The notes below the pieces were generated by a model. It did not search any database, was not told the origin of the DNA, and was given only the letters and a program-made list of their open reading frames with translations. 64,000 nt of DNA from Planctomycetota bacterium (GTDB lineage Bacteria; Planctomycetota; UBA1135; UBA2386), in assembly GCA_029936315.1 (NCBI GenBank), contig JAPYTD010000002.1, forward strand, positions 30,459 through 94,458, written 5' to 3'. Shown piece by piece: positions 28,041 to 39,501 of the stretch. The translations under genes were made by a program, and so were the position numbers. The number at the start of each line of letters is the position of its first letter. Position 1 is the stretch's first letter.

Positions 28041-29693
28041 ATGAAACATCTCCCCATCGCTCTCTCACTGGCCTTTGCACTCTGCACGGAGGCATCGGCG
28101 CAGCTGCACCTCGCCAACTCGTTTGGCGATCACATGGTCTTGCAACGTGACATCGGCGCCAGGGTCTGGGGCACCGCAACACCTGGCGAAACCGTTGCGA
28201 TCGCTTTCGCCGGCAAGTCGGCAACGGCAACAGCAGCGAAGCACGGTCGCTGGATCGCCACCCTACCTCCCATGCCGGCTAACGCAGAAGGTCGAGAGCT
28301 CGTCGTGACCGGCTCTAGCGACAGCGTGCGAATCAGAGATGTACTCGTCGGGGATGTCTGGGTCTGTGGCGGGCAGAGCAACATGGCATGGACCATGAGC
28401 GGATCGCGCGATGCAGACATCGAGATCGATTCCGCCGATACGCCCCAAGTCCGCTACCTGCGTATGCCACAGATCGCGATCGCCGAGCCACAGACCGACT
28501 TTCCCGTCGCGAGCCCGACGCACAAGGTTGGCAACTGGCGACTCTGCACTCCAGAGCAAGTCGAAGCCTGCACCGCCGTGGGTTACTACTTCGCCCGCCG
28601 CCTACATCGTCGACTACGGATTCCGATCGGAATCATCGACACCTCCTGGGGCGGCACGATGGCGCAACACTGGTGCTCCAAGGCAACGCTTCGAACGTTC
28701 GCCACGATGAACTCCTACTTCGCCACCTACGAAGCCAAACGCAAGGAATGGATCGACGGCGGCAAGGAAGAGGGAGCCAATCGACGCTACGAGGCCGACG
28801 TCGCAACTTGGCAGAAAGCTCGGGATGCCGCCAAGGCTTCCGGAGAGCGCGAGCCACGTCGCCCCAACAAGCGCAACTACGAGAACCCGGGTGACCAAGG
28901 ACACCCAGGGGCGATGTTCAACGGCATGATCGAGCCAATCAAGAACACGGCACTGCGCGGAGTCGTGTTCTACCAAGGCGAAAACAATTCATTCGGAGAG
29001 ACCTGGAAGCCCTTCTCGAGCACATTCCCCGCCGTCATCCGTGACTGGCGGAGAGCATTCGGAGTCTCCGATTTGCCGTTCTGCAACATCCAGATTGCCG
29101 GCTGGAGCACGCGTCGCACGATGACCTACGACATGAACCACCACACCAACATCATTCGTGAGGTGCAGCTGGATACCTGGCAAGACACCGAGAACACCGG
29201 ACTCATCGTCACCTACGACTGCAACAGCAATGGCAGCATCCACCCGGGACGCAAACTGCCCGTCGGGGAACGCACGGCGCGGTGGGCGCTAGCCGAGGTC
29301 TACGGGACAACGGACCGTCGCAACAAGCGGCCAATCGAATGGCGCGGCCCGCTCTACGAGGGAATGCGGATCGTCGACAACAAGATCTTCGTCTCGTTCG
29401 TCAAGGAGACTGCGCGAGGACTGCGACTCAACAAGGATGTCGCGTTCGGCTTCTATGTGGCCGGCGAGGACAAGACCTTCCACCACGCATCGGCACGCAT
29501 TCACGGCAAGACGAGCGAGGTCGAGATCTGGTGTGATGCTGTCAAGCAACCGGTGGCGGCACGCTACGGCTGGTCCAATCTTCCGGCAGGTACACTTCTG
29601 AACGGTCGCGAGCTACCGGCCTACCCGTTCCGCACGGACAACTGGCCGATGGAGCCCCATCAGTCGACCGGATCCTACGTTCGCGGGAAGTAG
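28041..29693 (+). CDS. Sialate O-acetylesterase-family protein (classical long form)
   Basis: ATG at 28041 gives MKHLPIALSLAFALCTEASAQ. LANSFGDHMVLQRD...VWVCGGQSNMAW...GIIDTSWGGT...VVFYQGENN. Confidence 0.88.
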   Translation: MKHLPIALSLAFALCTEASAQLHLANSFGDHMVLQRDIGARVWGTATPGETVAIAFAGKSATATAAKHGRWIATLPPMPANAEGRELVVTGSSDSVRIRDVLVGDVWVCGGQSNMAWTMSGSRDADIEIDSADTPQVRYLRMPQIAIAEPQTDFPVASPTHKVGNWRLCTPEQVEACTAVGYYFARRLHRRLRIPIGIIDTSWGGTMAQHWCSKATLRTFATMNSYFATYEAKRKEWIDGGKEEGANRRYEADVATWQKARDAAKASGEREPRRPNKRNYENPGDQGHPGAMFNGMIEPIKNTALRGVVFYQGENNSFGETWKPFSSTFPAVIRDWRRAFGVSDLPFCNIQIAGWSTRRTMTYDMNHHTNIIREVQLDTWQDTENTGLIVTYDCNSNGSIHPGRKLPVGERTARWALAEVYGTTDRRNKRPIEWRGPLYEGMRIVDNKIFVSFVKETARGLRLNKDVAFGFYVAGEDKTFHHASARIHGKTSEVEIWCDAVKQPVAARYGWSNLPAGTLLNGRELPAYPFRTDNWPMEPHQSTGSYVRGK

Positions 29694-29782
29694 CACAAAC
29701 AAGCAGCGGTGCGCGCGCGAGTTGTCGAAGGGAGTTGCTCCGACCTGCGACGAACCGTGTCGAGCGCGTGCACAGCGGCTAC

Positions 29783-30271
29783 TCAGATCGTGGTCGCTTC
29801 GATCGCCGGGCCAAACGCGAATGCGCCAGTCGACGGCGAGACGCCCATGGACTGTAGGCGGAATACGAAACCGGTCGGTGCGTTCGCCGGGATCGTCAGC
29901 GTCGTTCCGGCAGAACCTTGTTGGCAAGGCAGCGGCACGAAAGGCGGCGCCGACGTGAGCCCCACGTCGAGTACGAACACGTTGCTCAGCAGCAGGGAGT
30001 TACCGAAGCCAGGCACGCTCACGCAGGGGCCAGGCGTACCGAAGGCGATGACATACAGCGTCGACGGCGCACTAAAGTGCATGATGTTTCGCGAGGTGCC
30101 AACGCCGACCACGCTGCCGACCATCGGCTGACATGACACGGGACCGCAGTCCTGGCCATAGAGGACGGTCAGAAAGCCGCCGCCTGCCATGGTCAAACCA
30201 ATGTCCTGTTGCGCCGTGGCAGGCACGACTAGCGCGAGGAAGAGAATGAGGCTGGGCAGGGTCTTCTTCAT
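29783..30271 (-). CDS. Small secreted protein consisting of a signal peptide plus a stand-alone copy of the shared C-terminal-type module
   Basis: ATG at 30271 gives MKKTLPSLILFLALVVPATAQ. The remainder (...SAGTTLTIPANAPTGFVFRLQSMGVSPSTGAFAFGPAIEATTI) follows the same pattern as the C-termini at 565.., 27400.. and 56551... Confidence 0.65.
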   Translation of the reverse strand: MKKTLPSLILFLALVVPATAQQDIGLTMAGGGFLTVLYGQDCGPVSCQPMVGSVVGVGTSRNIMHFSAPSTLYVIAFGTPGPCVSVPGFGNSLLLSNVFVLDVGLTSAPPFVPLPCQQGSAGTTLTIPANAPTGFVFRLQSMGVSPSTGAFAFGPAIEATTI

Positions 30272-30399
30272 GGTGTGGTCCAGATAGCCGGAGGTCGGAT
30301 GATATGTAACACTACTTCCGTGCATGATCTAGAATCACCGGTCTACTGGTAGAGACCTGCTTCGGCTGCCTGATCCGATAGAATCTCCTCTGCCACTCC

Positions 30400-33300
30400 A
30401 TGCGCCTCGCGACCCTTGTCCCTCTATGGCTGACCGTTGCAGCGGCATTGCCCGGCAGTGCAACCGCGTCGCCACAATCACCCCAGCTTTCGTTCTTCGA
30501 GACCCGCATCCGTCCGGTGCTCGCCGAACACTGCTACCGATGTCACAATAGTTCCGACAGCCAGAAGGCGCGCCTCGCCCTCGACTATCGCGCCGGGCTG
30601 CGCCGCGGTGGCAAGTCAGGTCCGGCCATCGTGGTCGGGGGCGCCGCCGAGAGCCTGCTGATGCGCGCAATCCGGCACCAGCACCCGAAGTTGCGCATGC
30701 CGAAGGAGGGTGCGAAGCTCAGCGATGCCGTTATCAGGGACTTCGAGCAGTGGATCGATAGCGGCGCCGAGGACCCGCGCGACGACCCGCCAGCCGCGAC
30801 CAAACTCGCCGAGACGATCAGTTGGGACACCATCCGCCGCCGCCGCATGCAGTGGTGGAGCTTTCAACCAATCGCAAGCAACAGGCCGCCAACGCTCGCC
30901 GGCGCCGGGCAGTCGCCACACCCCGTTGACCGCTTTGTCTTCGACCGCCTGCGCCGTGCGGGGCTCGAACTGGCGCCGCGTGCTGATCGTCGCACACTGC
31001 TGCGCCGGGTAACCTTCGCACTTACCGGCTTGCCGCCGACAGAAGCAGAGGTCATGGCGTTTGTCGCCGATGACTCGGCCAACGCCTACGAGGCCGTTGT
31101 CGATCGACTGCTGGCCCAGCCGGCGTTCGGCGAGCGCTGGGCGCGCCATTGGATGGACTGGCTGCGCTACGCCGATTCGCACGGCAGTGAAGGCGACCCC
31201 AACATCCCCCACGCGTGGCGATACCGCGACTACCTGATCCGGGCGCTGAACGCCGACGTGCCATTCGACCAACTCGTCAAGGAGCACATCGCAGGCGACC
31301 TACTGGACGAGCCTCGCATCGACTATGAGCAAGGTATCAACCAGTCGCGCATCGGCACCGCCCAGTTTCGCATGGTGCAACACGGCTTCGCGCCAACCGA
31401 TGCCCTCGAAGAGCAGGTGCTATTCACGGACAACCAGATCGACGTGGTGTTCAAGGCATTCATGGGACTGACCGTGTCCTGCGCGCGCTGCCACGATCAC
31501 AAGTTCGACGCCATCGGCCAAGACGACTTCTATGCCGTCTACGGCATCTTCGCGAGTTGCCGACCCGCGACGGTCACGACGGACACGCCCGCACGATTGG
31601 CAACCAACAAGACCGAGCTTGTAGCCAGCAAAGCCCGCATCAAACATGGCCTCGCAGCGAACTGGTTGTCGACGGTCGAAGACGTGACCAAGAGCCTGCT
31701 CGCGGCCGACCCAACAGTGCAAGACCTGCTCGCCAAGGCTAGCAAGGACGACAAGAACCCGCTGCACGCGTGGGCCCGCCTGGCGCCCGTCGAGCCCGCA
31801 AAGTTCGAAAACAACTGGCGGGCGCTGCTGCACGCTTGGCGCGACAGTCGCGTACGTCTGACCCGGCAGCAAGCAAACGCCGTCGGCTGGGATCTTGCCG
31901 GAGACGACTGCGCAAAGTGGCATTCCTACGGTGCCGGACTCACCGGTCAACCATCGCCGGCCGGCGGGTTTCGCGTTCTTCCCGACGGGGACCTCATCGT
32001 CGACTCACTGTTGCCAGCCGGCGTCTACTCGCACCTGCTATCAAGCAAGCACAACGGCGTATTGACCTCGCCGCGATTCTCGTTCGACATGAATGCGATC
32101 TACGTCCGCGTTCTCGGCGACGGCCGCGCCCGCGCGCGCTACGTCGTGCAAAACTATCCGCGTAAAGGGACGGTGTACCCAATCCACCACATGTCAGGTG
32201 GCAAATCGCGATGGGTGCGCTGGGACACAGCCTACTGGCAAGGCGACCACGGCTACCTCGAGCTATCGACGGCTGCCGACCAAGCGGTCGAAGCCGACAC
32301 CCGTGCGACGCGCTCGTGGTTCGGAATCACGCAAGCGATCCTGGTCTCGGCCGAGCAACAGCAACGCGGGGAAAGGCCGGTCGACGAGGCTGCCGAGTTT
32401 GTGACGCCGTTGTTCCTGGCGCTGGCCAAAGCCCCCCCCACGAGCATGGCAATGCTCGAACGTGGCTACGCGAAGGCACTGCGCACCTGCATCCGCGCCT
32501 GGCAGGGGGCCACGCTCTCAAACGAACAGGCGCGATTCTTGGGGTTCTTCGTCCGCCACGGTCTGCTGCCAGTGAAGTTGAGCGAACTCGGATCACTCGC
32601 CAACGAAGTCACCCACTACCGCCGCCTCGAAGAGCAGGTCCCGATTCCCCGCCGCGTGCCGGGCATCCTCGAAGCCGAGCCGTTCGATCAACCGCTGTTC
32701 CACAAGGGCGATCACAAGCAGCCGGGCAAGCCCGTGCGTCGACGGTTCCTGGCGGCAATCGATGCCACCCCATACGAAACCGCAACCAGCGGTCGCCTCG
32801 AACTCGCCAACGACTTTGTGCGCAGGGACAACCCACTCACGGCCCGCGTCGCGGTCAACCGACTCTGGCACCACGTGTTCGGCCGAGGCATCGTCGCGAC
32901 AACCGACAACTTCGGGCGCCTCGGCGACGAACCGACGCATCCGAAGCTGCTCGACTACCTGGCACAGTCTTTCGTCGACTCCGGCTGGTCGAGCAAGCAG
33001 ATGATCCGGTTGCTCGTCACCTCCCAGACGTTCCAGGCGAGCAGCAGCGCGTCAACGCACGCTGCCGAAGTCGATGCTTCCAATCGACTGAGATCGCATT
33101 TCCGCGTGCAGCGCTTGCAGGCCGAAGCGATACGCGACGCGATGATCGCCGTCAGCGGGCAGCTCGACCGCAGCATGTACGGCCCGGCCGTCGCCGGCGG
33201 TTCCCGTCGCCGCAGCGTCTACGTGCGCGTCAAACGCAACAGCCTCGACCCGTTCTTGTCGACCTTCGACGCACCCGCACCGCACACCACCCACGGCCGC

Positions 33301-34479
33301 CGGGAATCGACCAACGTGCCGGCGCAATCGCTGACCTTGCTCAATGACCCATTTGTGATCGCCCAGGCCAGAAGCTGGGCAAACGCAATCTTGTCGGATC
33401 GCTCGATCGACAGCGACACGGCCAAGATCCAGCGCATGTTTCTGGCCGCGTTCGGGCGCGAGGCCAGCGCAGACGAGCTGCAACGCTCCGCCGACTTCCT
33501 AACCGCAATCACGGCCCAAGCCGCGACCACGGCGCGCGACATCACCAGATTGCAGACCGCAGTTGCCGAGGCCCGAACTCAAAAAGCCGCGCTCATGGCA
33601 CCAACTCGCAAGCGCCTGCTGGCATCGATCGACCAGAACGCAGAAGCGGCTCCCACCGGTCTGAAGCCGATTGCAAACTGGGAATTCGATGGCGACCTGA
33701 ACGACTCCGTTGGCTCTCTGCATGGATCGATGCGCGGCACGGTACAGCTCCAGGACGGCGCGCTCGTGCTGACTGGGCACGGACACGTCGAGACGGTCCG
33801 GCTGACCAGAGACTTGCGCGAGAAGACCCTGGAGGCATGGGTCGTTCTCGACAACCTTGGACAACGCGGTGGTGGCGTGATCAGCGTCGAGTCGGTTGGC
33901 GGCAAGGTATTCGATGCGATCGTCTTCGGCGAACGCGATCCGATGCAGTGGCTGCCCGGCAGCGACAACTTCCGCCGCACCCAGTCGCTCGGTGGACCAG
34001 TCGAGTCCGAGGCCAAGAGCCGGCCGGTGCACGTAGCGATCAGTTACCGCCGCGATGGTACGATCACCGGCTATCGCGATGGCCGCCCCTATGGCAAGCC
34101 CTACCAGTCCTCGCCGGCCACCTTCGCCGCGGGCCAAAGCGTGGTGCTGTTCGGGTTGCGGCACTCCCCCACCAATGGCAGCAAGTACCTTCGCGGTCGC
34201 GTGCTGCGCGCCCGCCTCTACGACCGCGCACTCACGCCGGCTGAGGTCGACGCGAGTTTTCACATGGAGCGCCAGTGGATCGGGGATGCGCAGATTCTCG
34301 CCGCAATGACGACCAGCCAGCGCAACCAGCACGCACGCATCAGCGCCCGCATCGAAGAACTCGCGCGCCAACTCGCGGAGATCGAAGAACCTCGCCAGCG
34401 CCGCACGGGGCCACAGCAAGCCTGGCAAGACCTCGCGCAAAGCCTGTTCAACTTCAAAGAGTTCTTGTACTTGCGATGA
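30400..34479 (+). CDS. PSCyt1 (planctomycete cytochrome c) + DUF1549 (PSCyt2) + DUF1553 (PSD1) + LamG giant protein
   Basis: Heme-like motif CYRCH near the N-terminus. DUF1549 block: [10 protein letters not shown]...[19 protein letters not shown]...[18 protein letters not shown]. Then [13 protein letters not shown]1553 block: [23 protein letters not shown] LamG-like region follows near the C-terminus. Confidence 0.92.
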   Translation: MRLATLVPLWLTVAAALPGSATASPQSPQLSFFETRIRPVLAEHCYRCHNSSDSQKARLALDYRAGLRRGGKSGPAIVVGGAAESLLMRAIRHQHPKLRMPKEGAKLSDAVIRDFEQWIDSGAEDPRDDPPAATKLAETISWDTIRRRRMQWWSFQPIASNRPPTLAGAGQSPHPVDRFVFDRLRRAGLELAPRADRRTLLRRVTFALTGLPPTEAEVMAFVADDSANAYEAVVDRLLAQPAFGERWARHWMDWLRYADSHGSEGDPNIPHAWRYRDYLIRALNADVPFDQLVKEHIAGDLLDEPRIDYEQGINQSRIGTAQFRMVQHGFAPTDALEEQVLFTDNQIDVVFKAFMGLTVSCARCHDHKFDAIGQDDFYAVYGIFASCRPATVTTDTPARLATNKTELVASKARIKHGLAANWLSTVEDVTKSLLAADPTVQDLLAKASKDDKNPLHAWARLAPVEPAKFENNWRALLHAWRDSRVRLTRQQANAVGWDLAGDDCAKWHSYGAGLTGQPSPAGGFRVLPDGDLIVDSLLPAGVYSHLLSSKHNGVLTSPRFSFDMNAIYVRVLGDGRARARYVVQNYPRKGTVYPIHHMSGGKSRWVRWDTAYWQGDHGYLELSTAADQAVEADTRATRSWFGITQAILVSAEQQQRGERPVDEAAEFVTPLFLALAKAPPTSMAMLERGYAKALRTCIRAWQGATLSNEQARFLGFFVRHGLLPVKLSELGSLANEVTHYRRLEEQVPIPRRVPGILEAEPFDQPLFHKGDHKQPGKPVRRRFLAAIDATPYETATSGRLELANDFVRRDNPLTARVAVNRLWHHVFGRGIVATTDNFGRLGDEPTHPKLLDYLAQSFVDSGWSSKQMIRLLVTSQTFQASSSASTHAAEVDASNRLRSHFRVQRLQAEAIRDAMIAVSGQLDRSMYGPAVAGGSRRRSVYVRVKRNSLDPFLSTFDAPAPHTTHGRRESTNVPAQSLTLLNDPFVIAQARSWANAILSDRSIDSDTAKIQRMFLAAFGREASADELQRSADFLTAITAQAATTARDITRLQTAVAEARTQKAALMAPTRKRLLASIDQNAEAAPTGLKPIANWEFDGDLNDSVGSLHGSMRGTVQLQDGALVLTGHGHVETVRLTRDLREKTLEAWVVLDNLGQRGGGVISVESVGGKVFDAIVFGERDPMQWLPGSDNFRRTQSLGGPVESEAKSRPVHVAISYRRDGTITGYRDGRPYGKPYQSSPATFAAGQSVVLFGLRHSPTNGSKYLRGRVLRARLYDRALTPAEVDASFHMERQWIGDAQILAAMTTSQRNQHARISARIEELARQLAEIEEPRQRRTGPQQAWQDLAQSLFNFKEFLYLR

Positions 34480-35921
34480 GACCAGACATGCCCGACGGCC
34501 TCCCGATCTCACGACGCAGCATGCTGCGCAACTGTTCGACCGGCTTCGGCCTGGTCGCGCTGAACAGCCTGCTGGGTCAAACCGTCAACGCCCAGTCACC
34601 GCTTTCGAACGACGGGGTAAGGCGGCCGCACTTCACACCGAAGGCCAAACACGTAATCTTCTGCTACATGTCGGGCGGCGTTTCGCACGTCGATTCGTTC
34701 GACCCCAAGCCACGCCTTGAGAAGGAAGCCGGGCAGCCGATGCCGATGCCCATCGAGCGCACGCAGTTCAACAAGAACGGCAAGATCCAACCGAGTCATT
34801 GGCCGTTTCATCGACACGGTGAAAGCGGCATTGCGGTCAGCGAGCTGTTCCCACACATGGCATCGGTGGTCGACGAGTTGGCGATCGTGCGCTCGATGAC
34901 GGCGGACTTCAGCGAACACGCGCAAGGCAACTACTTCATGCACACGGGGTTTCCGTTCATGGGGCACCCCAGTGCCGGGGCTTGGGCTAGCTACGGACTC
35001 GGCAGCGACGCCAAGGATCTGCCAAGCTTCGTCGTGCTACGGAGCGGCAACGCGGCGATCCCGCACGGTGGTGTTGGGCTGTTCAGCAGTGGCTTCCTGC
35101 CAGCCAACCACCAGGCATCGATCATCCGCGCCGACCGCGGCGATGCGCTGCGCAACTTGGTGCCCACCGAGTCAGACCGTTTACAGCGCGCACGGATCGA
35201 TTTCATCCAACGCATGGATCGTAATTTCGCGGCATCGCTCGATTCGAATCCGCACATCGAATCCGCGATCGAGAACTACGAACTCGCGTATCGCATGCAA
35301 ACCGCCGTGCCGGAGTTCACGGACTTGACTGGCGAGACCAAGGCCACCAAGAAACTGTACGGCATGCTCGATGCGGACCGTCGCAAGGCCGACTACGGTC
35401 GGCAGTGCCTGTTGGCGCGACGGCTGGTCGAGCGCGGCGTTCGCTTCATCGAACTCAGCACACTGTCGGCGAACATCGGCGGCGGCAATGGCGCCAACCC
35501 TTGGGACCAACACAGCCAGCTGAAGCGGGGCCACGGCCAAATGGCTCACCAGGTCGACCAACCGATTGCGGCACTGATCATGGACTTGAAGCGGCGCGGC
35601 CTGCTCGACGACACTCTCGTCATCTGGGCCGGCGAGTTCGGGCGCACGCCGTTCGCACAGGGTAGCGATGGTCGTGACCACAATCCGTTCGGCTTCACGA
35701 TCTGGCTCGCGGGTGGCGGCATCAAGCCAGGAGTGATCTACGGCGCGACCGACGAATACGGCTACCACGCCGTGCAAGACAAGTGCACCGTCTACGACCT
35801 ATGGGCAACGGTGCTGCACCAACTCGGCATCCGCCACATGGACCTGACCTATCGCTACGGCGGCCGCGACTTGCGATTGACCGATGTCCATGGCCACGTG
35901 TTGCACAAGATTCTGCAGTAG
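34476..35921 (+). CDS. DUF1501 (sulfatase/alkaline-phosphatase-superfamily) protein with Tat-type signal
   Basis: ATG 34476 overlaps the upstream TGA (ATGA). [24 protein letters not shown] is a twin-arginine-like leader. [18 protein letters not shown]...[17 protein letters not shown] is typical DUF1501. Confidence 0.92.
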   Translation: MRPDMPDGLPISRRSMLRNCSTGFGLVALNSLLGQTVNAQSPLSNDGVRRPHFTPKAKHVIFCYMSGGVSHVDSFDPKPRLEKEAGQPMPMPIERTQFNKNGKIQPSHWPFHRHGESGIAVSELFPHMASVVDELAIVRSMTADFSEHAQGNYFMHTGFPFMGHPSAGAWASYGLGSDAKDLPSFVVLRSGNAAIPHGGVGLFSSGFLPANHQASIIRADRGDALRNLVPTESDRLQRARIDFIQRMDRNFAASLDSNPHIESAIENYELAYRMQTAVPEFTDLTGETKATKKLYGMLDADRRKADYGRQCLLARRLVERGVRFIELSTLSANIGGGNGANPWDQHSQLKRGHGQMAHQVDQPIAALIMDLKRRGLLDDTLVIWAGEFGRTPFAQGSDGRDHNPFGFTIWLAGGGIKPGVIYGATDEYGYHAVQDKCTVYDLWATVLHQLGIRHMDLTYRYGGRDLRLTDVHGHVLHKILQ

Positions 35922-36050
35922 CCATGCCCGACACCCAGACGCCGTGTGCAGTCACAGCTTCTGAGTCGTCGCCGACCACGCGTTTGTCAGCAAGGCTTCA
36001 CCCGTTGAGGATGGTTGCACGGCCGTTGTAGAGATCGTGCTGCGCTGAAG

Positions 36051-36068
36051 TCGGGCACGGCTGCCCGA
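36051..36068. terminator. GC-rich hairpin between convergent DUF1501 genes (possible bidirectional terminator)
   Basis: TCGGGCA-CGGC-TGCCCGA, a 7-bp perfect stem read from the sequence. There is no U-tract, so this call is weak. Confidence 0.25.
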
Positions 36069-36089
36069 GACTGCCGAACAACCTCGACC

Positions 36090-37496
36090 TCAGGCCATCA
36101 GTTGCCGCACCAACTTGCCGTGCACATCCGTCAACCGATAGTCACGGCCCTGGAATCGGAACGTCAGTCGTTCGTGGTTGATGCCCAGCAAGTGCAACAC
36201 CGTTGCGTGCATGTCATGCAAGTGCACCGGATCCTCGACAACGGTGTAGCCGAGGTCATCGGTCTTGCCGATCGTCTGACCAGGCTGGATGCCGCCACCC
36301 GCAAACCACATCGTGAACGCGCGCGGGTTGTGGTCGCGACCAAGAACAGTCTTGCTGCGCACTTCCCGCATCGGTGTGCGACCGAACTCCCCGCCCCAAA
36401 CAACCAACGTGTCCTCGAGCATGCCGCGCTGCGCCAAATCGAGCACGAGCGCCGCTGCCGCCTGATCGGTCTGTCGGCACATATTGGGCAAGCCGTGCAA
36501 CAGGTCGTCACTTTTATTGGAACCGTGATGATCCCAGCCGCGATGGATGACTTGCACGTGGCGCACGCCGCGTTCCAACAGGCGCCGCGCCAACAGGCAG
36601 TTGTTCGCGAACGAACGCTTGCCAGGTTTGCTGCCATACAGGCGGTGCACATGGTCCGGTTCGCTACCAAGGTCCCCCAACTCCGGCACGCTATCCTGCA
36701 TGCGGTAGGCCAACTGGTAGGCCTCGCTGCGCGCGACGATCTCGGGGTCTTGAATCTGCTCGTGGCGCTGCGCGTTCAGTTCCCTAAGCAGGTCGATGCC
36801 ACGCTTTCGCGCGACGCGATCCATCGTCCTGGGATCACTGATACACGGCACGAGATCACCGCGCGTGCGCAGTTCGACACCCTGTAACGTCGAAGGCAAG
36901 AAGCCATTGGCCCAGCAGGCCGAGCCAGCGCCCGGATCAATCTTGCCAGACACGAGCACACAGAAGCCGGGCAAGTTGCGACTCTCAGCGCCGAGACCAA
37001 ACAACAGCCAACTGCCTAGGCTCGGCCGACCAACGAGGTGATGCCCGGTGTTGGCGAAGACCTGCGCCGGGCCGTGGTTGAACGGATTGGTGTAGACCGA
37101 TTTGACGAACGCCAGGCGGTCCGCAATCCCCGCCGTGTGTGGCAACAACTCGCTAATCTCGGCCTTGGATTCGCCGTAGTTGCGAAACGAGTACGGCGAG
37201 CCAAGCAGGTTTGGGATGCCCTTCAAGAACGCGAACCGCTGCCCCTTGAGCAACTCCTTGGGCACGGGCTCGCCGTCGTGCTTGCGCAGCACCGGCTTGT
37301 CGTCGAACAGATCGAGCGACGAGGGCGCACCCGCCATGAACAACTGCACGATGCGTTTTGCGCGGGGCACATGATGCGGGCCTCCACCCGACTCGCCGAG
37401 GCGAGGCACCGCCATAGCAGGTAGCACACTCGCACCAAGGGCAGCACTCGCCGCAGCAATCACCTGACGGCGATTGGGTTCAAAGGCAATGCTCAT
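36090..37496 (-). CDS. DUF1501 protein with Tat-type signal
   Basis: MSIAFEPNRRQVIAAASAALGASVLPAMA. LFMAGAPSSLDLFDDKP...RDHNPRAFTMWFAGGGIQ. The start overlaps the stop of 37493..39268 (ATGA). Confidence 0.92.
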   Translation of the reverse strand: MSIAFEPNRRQVIAAASAALGASVLPAMAVPRLGESGGGPHHVPRAKRIVQLFMAGAPSSLDLFDDKPVLRKHDGEPVPKELLKGQRFAFLKGIPNLLGSPYSFRNYGESKAEISELLPHTAGIADRLAFVKSVYTNPFNHGPAQVFANTGHHLVGRPSLGSWLLFGLGAESRNLPGFCVLVSGKIDPGAGSACWANGFLPSTLQGVELRTRGDLVPCISDPRTMDRVARKRGIDLLRELNAQRHEQIQDPEIVARSEAYQLAYRMQDSVPELGDLGSEPDHVHRLYGSKPGKRSFANNCLLARRLLERGVRHVQVIHRGWDHHGSNKSDDLLHGLPNMCRQTDQAAAALVLDLAQRGMLEDTLVVWGGEFGRTPMREVRSKTVLGRDHNPRAFTMWFAGGGIQPGQTIGKTDDLGYTVVEDPVHLHDMHATVLHLLGINHERLTFRFQGRDYRLTDVHGKLVRQLMA

Positions 37497-39268
37497 CCGC
37501 GGTTCAACGTCTCATCGAGGTTTAGGAGGATAATCGCGATGCGCTGCCAGGCACGCGCTTGTGGTTCGGCCGCCAGAGCCTTCTGCAACGAATCAAGTTC
37601 GCTTCTGGTTGGCGTTCGCGAGGTGCAGGCCACGAAGCCGAGCTGAAGTTGGTCACGCACATCTCCGCTGGCAGACGACATGCGGACAGCCAACGCATTC
37701 GCAGCCGCCAACGCCGTCGGGTCGTTGAGTCCGACCAACGCCTGCATCGGTGTATTGCTGCGTTCGCGTTGCACCTGGCAGACCTCGCGCGACGGCGCAT
37801 CATATGCCTTGAACGCGACGAACGGCGCCGTTCGGCGCCAATACGTGTAGAGCCCACGTCGCCACCGGTCTTCGCCCTTGCTGGTCGGCCACCTCATGCT
37901 GACCTTGTTCATCGGCACGACGCCACTGGTGTCCGCTTGCATTGGATAGACGCTGGGCCCACCCACCTTGCGCGACAACAAACCGGCCGCGACCAACCAC
38001 GTGTCGCGAATGCGCTCGGCATCGAGGCGAAATCGCGTGCCACGAGCATAGAAGCGGTTGTCCGGATCCCGTTTGCGCAGTTCGGCACTGACAACGGTGC
38101 TGCGTTGGTAGACATCCGACTGCACGATCGTGCGAATCAACCGCTTCTGACTCCACCCCACCCGCACAAACTCGGTGGCAAGCCAGTCAAGCAAGTCGAC
38201 ATGCAGAGGCTTCGGCGCCTGCACACCAAAGTCCTCGGGCGTATCGATCAACGACTGGCCGAGCAGTTCCATCCAGATGCGATTGGCGGCAACGCGCGGG
38301 GTCAACGGGTTGTCGGGCGACACCAACCAGCGCGCCAACGAGAGTCGGTCCCTCGGCGCATCCCCAACCACTTCTTCGAGCGTCGGCGAGAACGCGGCGG
38401 GCAAGTGCGCTGGCACAGCTTCTCCCGGGCTGTCGAAGGCGCCGCGCAGACGAAGCCGCGTCACCGCCTTGGCGCCGCGCTTCTCGCGCAACGCCAGCGT
38501 CTTGCTGCCATCCTGCCGCTTGATTACGACCTCGTCTTGGGTCTCGAAGAACGCGACCAAACCATAGAACTCGCGCTGCGAAACGGGGTCGTACTTGTGG
38601 TCGTGACACTGCGCGCAATGCAATGTGCTTCCAAGCCAAGTCGTGCCGGTTGTGCTGGCACGATCGAGCAAACGCTCCCACCGCGCCTCCTTCGGATCCA
38701 CACCGCCTTCGTTGTTCAACATCGTGTGACGATGAAACCCCGTAGCGATACGCGTGCTTTCGTCGGCATCGGGCAGCATGTCGCCGGCCAACTGCTCGAT
38801 CGTGAAGCGATCAAACGGCAAATCACGATTGAGGGCATCGATCAGCCAATCGCGGTACGGCCATACACTGCGGCCACCGTCAAAGTTGTAGCCGTTGGTG
38901 TCGCCGTAGCGCGCCAGGTCGAGCCATGGTACCGCCCATCGTTCGCCGTAGTGGGGCGAGGCGAGCAACTGATCGACCAGCCGCCCATAAGCACCGTCTT
39001 TCTGATCCGCGAGAAACGCCTCAAGCTCTGCAAGCGTCGGCGGCAAACCGACCAAATCGAGATAGAGGCGACGCGCCAACGTCGCGCGGTCGGCGCGAGC
39101 AGTGGCGGCCAGGTTTGCTGCGGGCAACTTGGCCTCGACGAATGCATCGAGGATTGTGCGCGCCGCAATCGGTGGCTCTCGACGCACCGGTTTGCGATAG
39201 GCCCAATGCTCCTGGGGTTGCTGCGGCAGCAGCGCGGCTACTAGCGCGAGCGAAGCAAGCAAGGGCAT
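37493..39268 (-). CDS. DUF1549 + DUF1553 protein (no cytochrome or lectin module)
   Basis: HWAYRKP...ILDAFVEAKL...LARRLYLDLVGLPPTLAELEAF...YGERWAVPWLDLARYGDTNGY...CAQCHDHKYDP...NPLTPRVAANRIWMELLG. Confidence 0.92.
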   Translation of the reverse strand: MPLLASLALVAALLPQQPQEHWAYRKPVRREPPIAARTILDAFVEAKLPAANLAATARADRATLARRLYLDLVGLPPTLAELEAFLADQKDGAYGRLVDQLLASPHYGERWAVPWLDLARYGDTNGYNFDGGRSVWPYRDWLIDALNRDLPFDRFTIEQLAGDMLPDADESTRIATGFHRHTMLNNEGGVDPKEARWERLLDRASTTGTTWLGSTLHCAQCHDHKYDPVSQREFYGLVAFFETQDEVVIKRQDGSKTLALREKRGAKAVTRLRLRGAFDSPGEAVPAHLPAAFSPTLEEVVGDAPRDRLSLARWLVSPDNPLTPRVAANRIWMELLGQSLIDTPEDFGVQAPKPLHVDLLDWLATEFVRVGWSQKRLIRTIVQSDVYQRSTVVSAELRKRDPDNRFYARGTRFRLDAERIRDTWLVAAGLLSRKVGGPSVYPMQADTSGVVPMNKVSMRWPTSKGEDRWRRGLYTYWRRTAPFVAFKAYDAPSREVCQVQRERSNTPMQALVGLNDPTALAAANALAVRMSSASGDVRDQLQLGFVACTSRTPTRSELDSLQKALAAEPQARAWQRIAIILLNLDETLNRG

Positions 39269-39501
39269 ACGTTGATCGTCGCTGCGCGCGCGCCTGGATC
39301 AACCCCCATCACGAACGACCTAACGGTGCGCAGGTGAAGCCCAAGTTTCCGGACACCACGGCAGTTCTTCCCGTGGCAGCCTGCAGTCCAGACCTACGAC
39401 GCAATCAGTAACCGGCCAGGCACCTACTCCTCAGGTCCACGCGTTCCATCCTCGCTGCATTCGCGGCCACCGTCACCATCGCGCTCCAGGTCGGCGCAGA
39501 G

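Noticed and set aside
37559-39244. 561-aa plus-strand ORF
   Set aside because: It is antisense to the well-supported DUF1549/DUF1553 gene 37493..39268 and has no motifs of its own.
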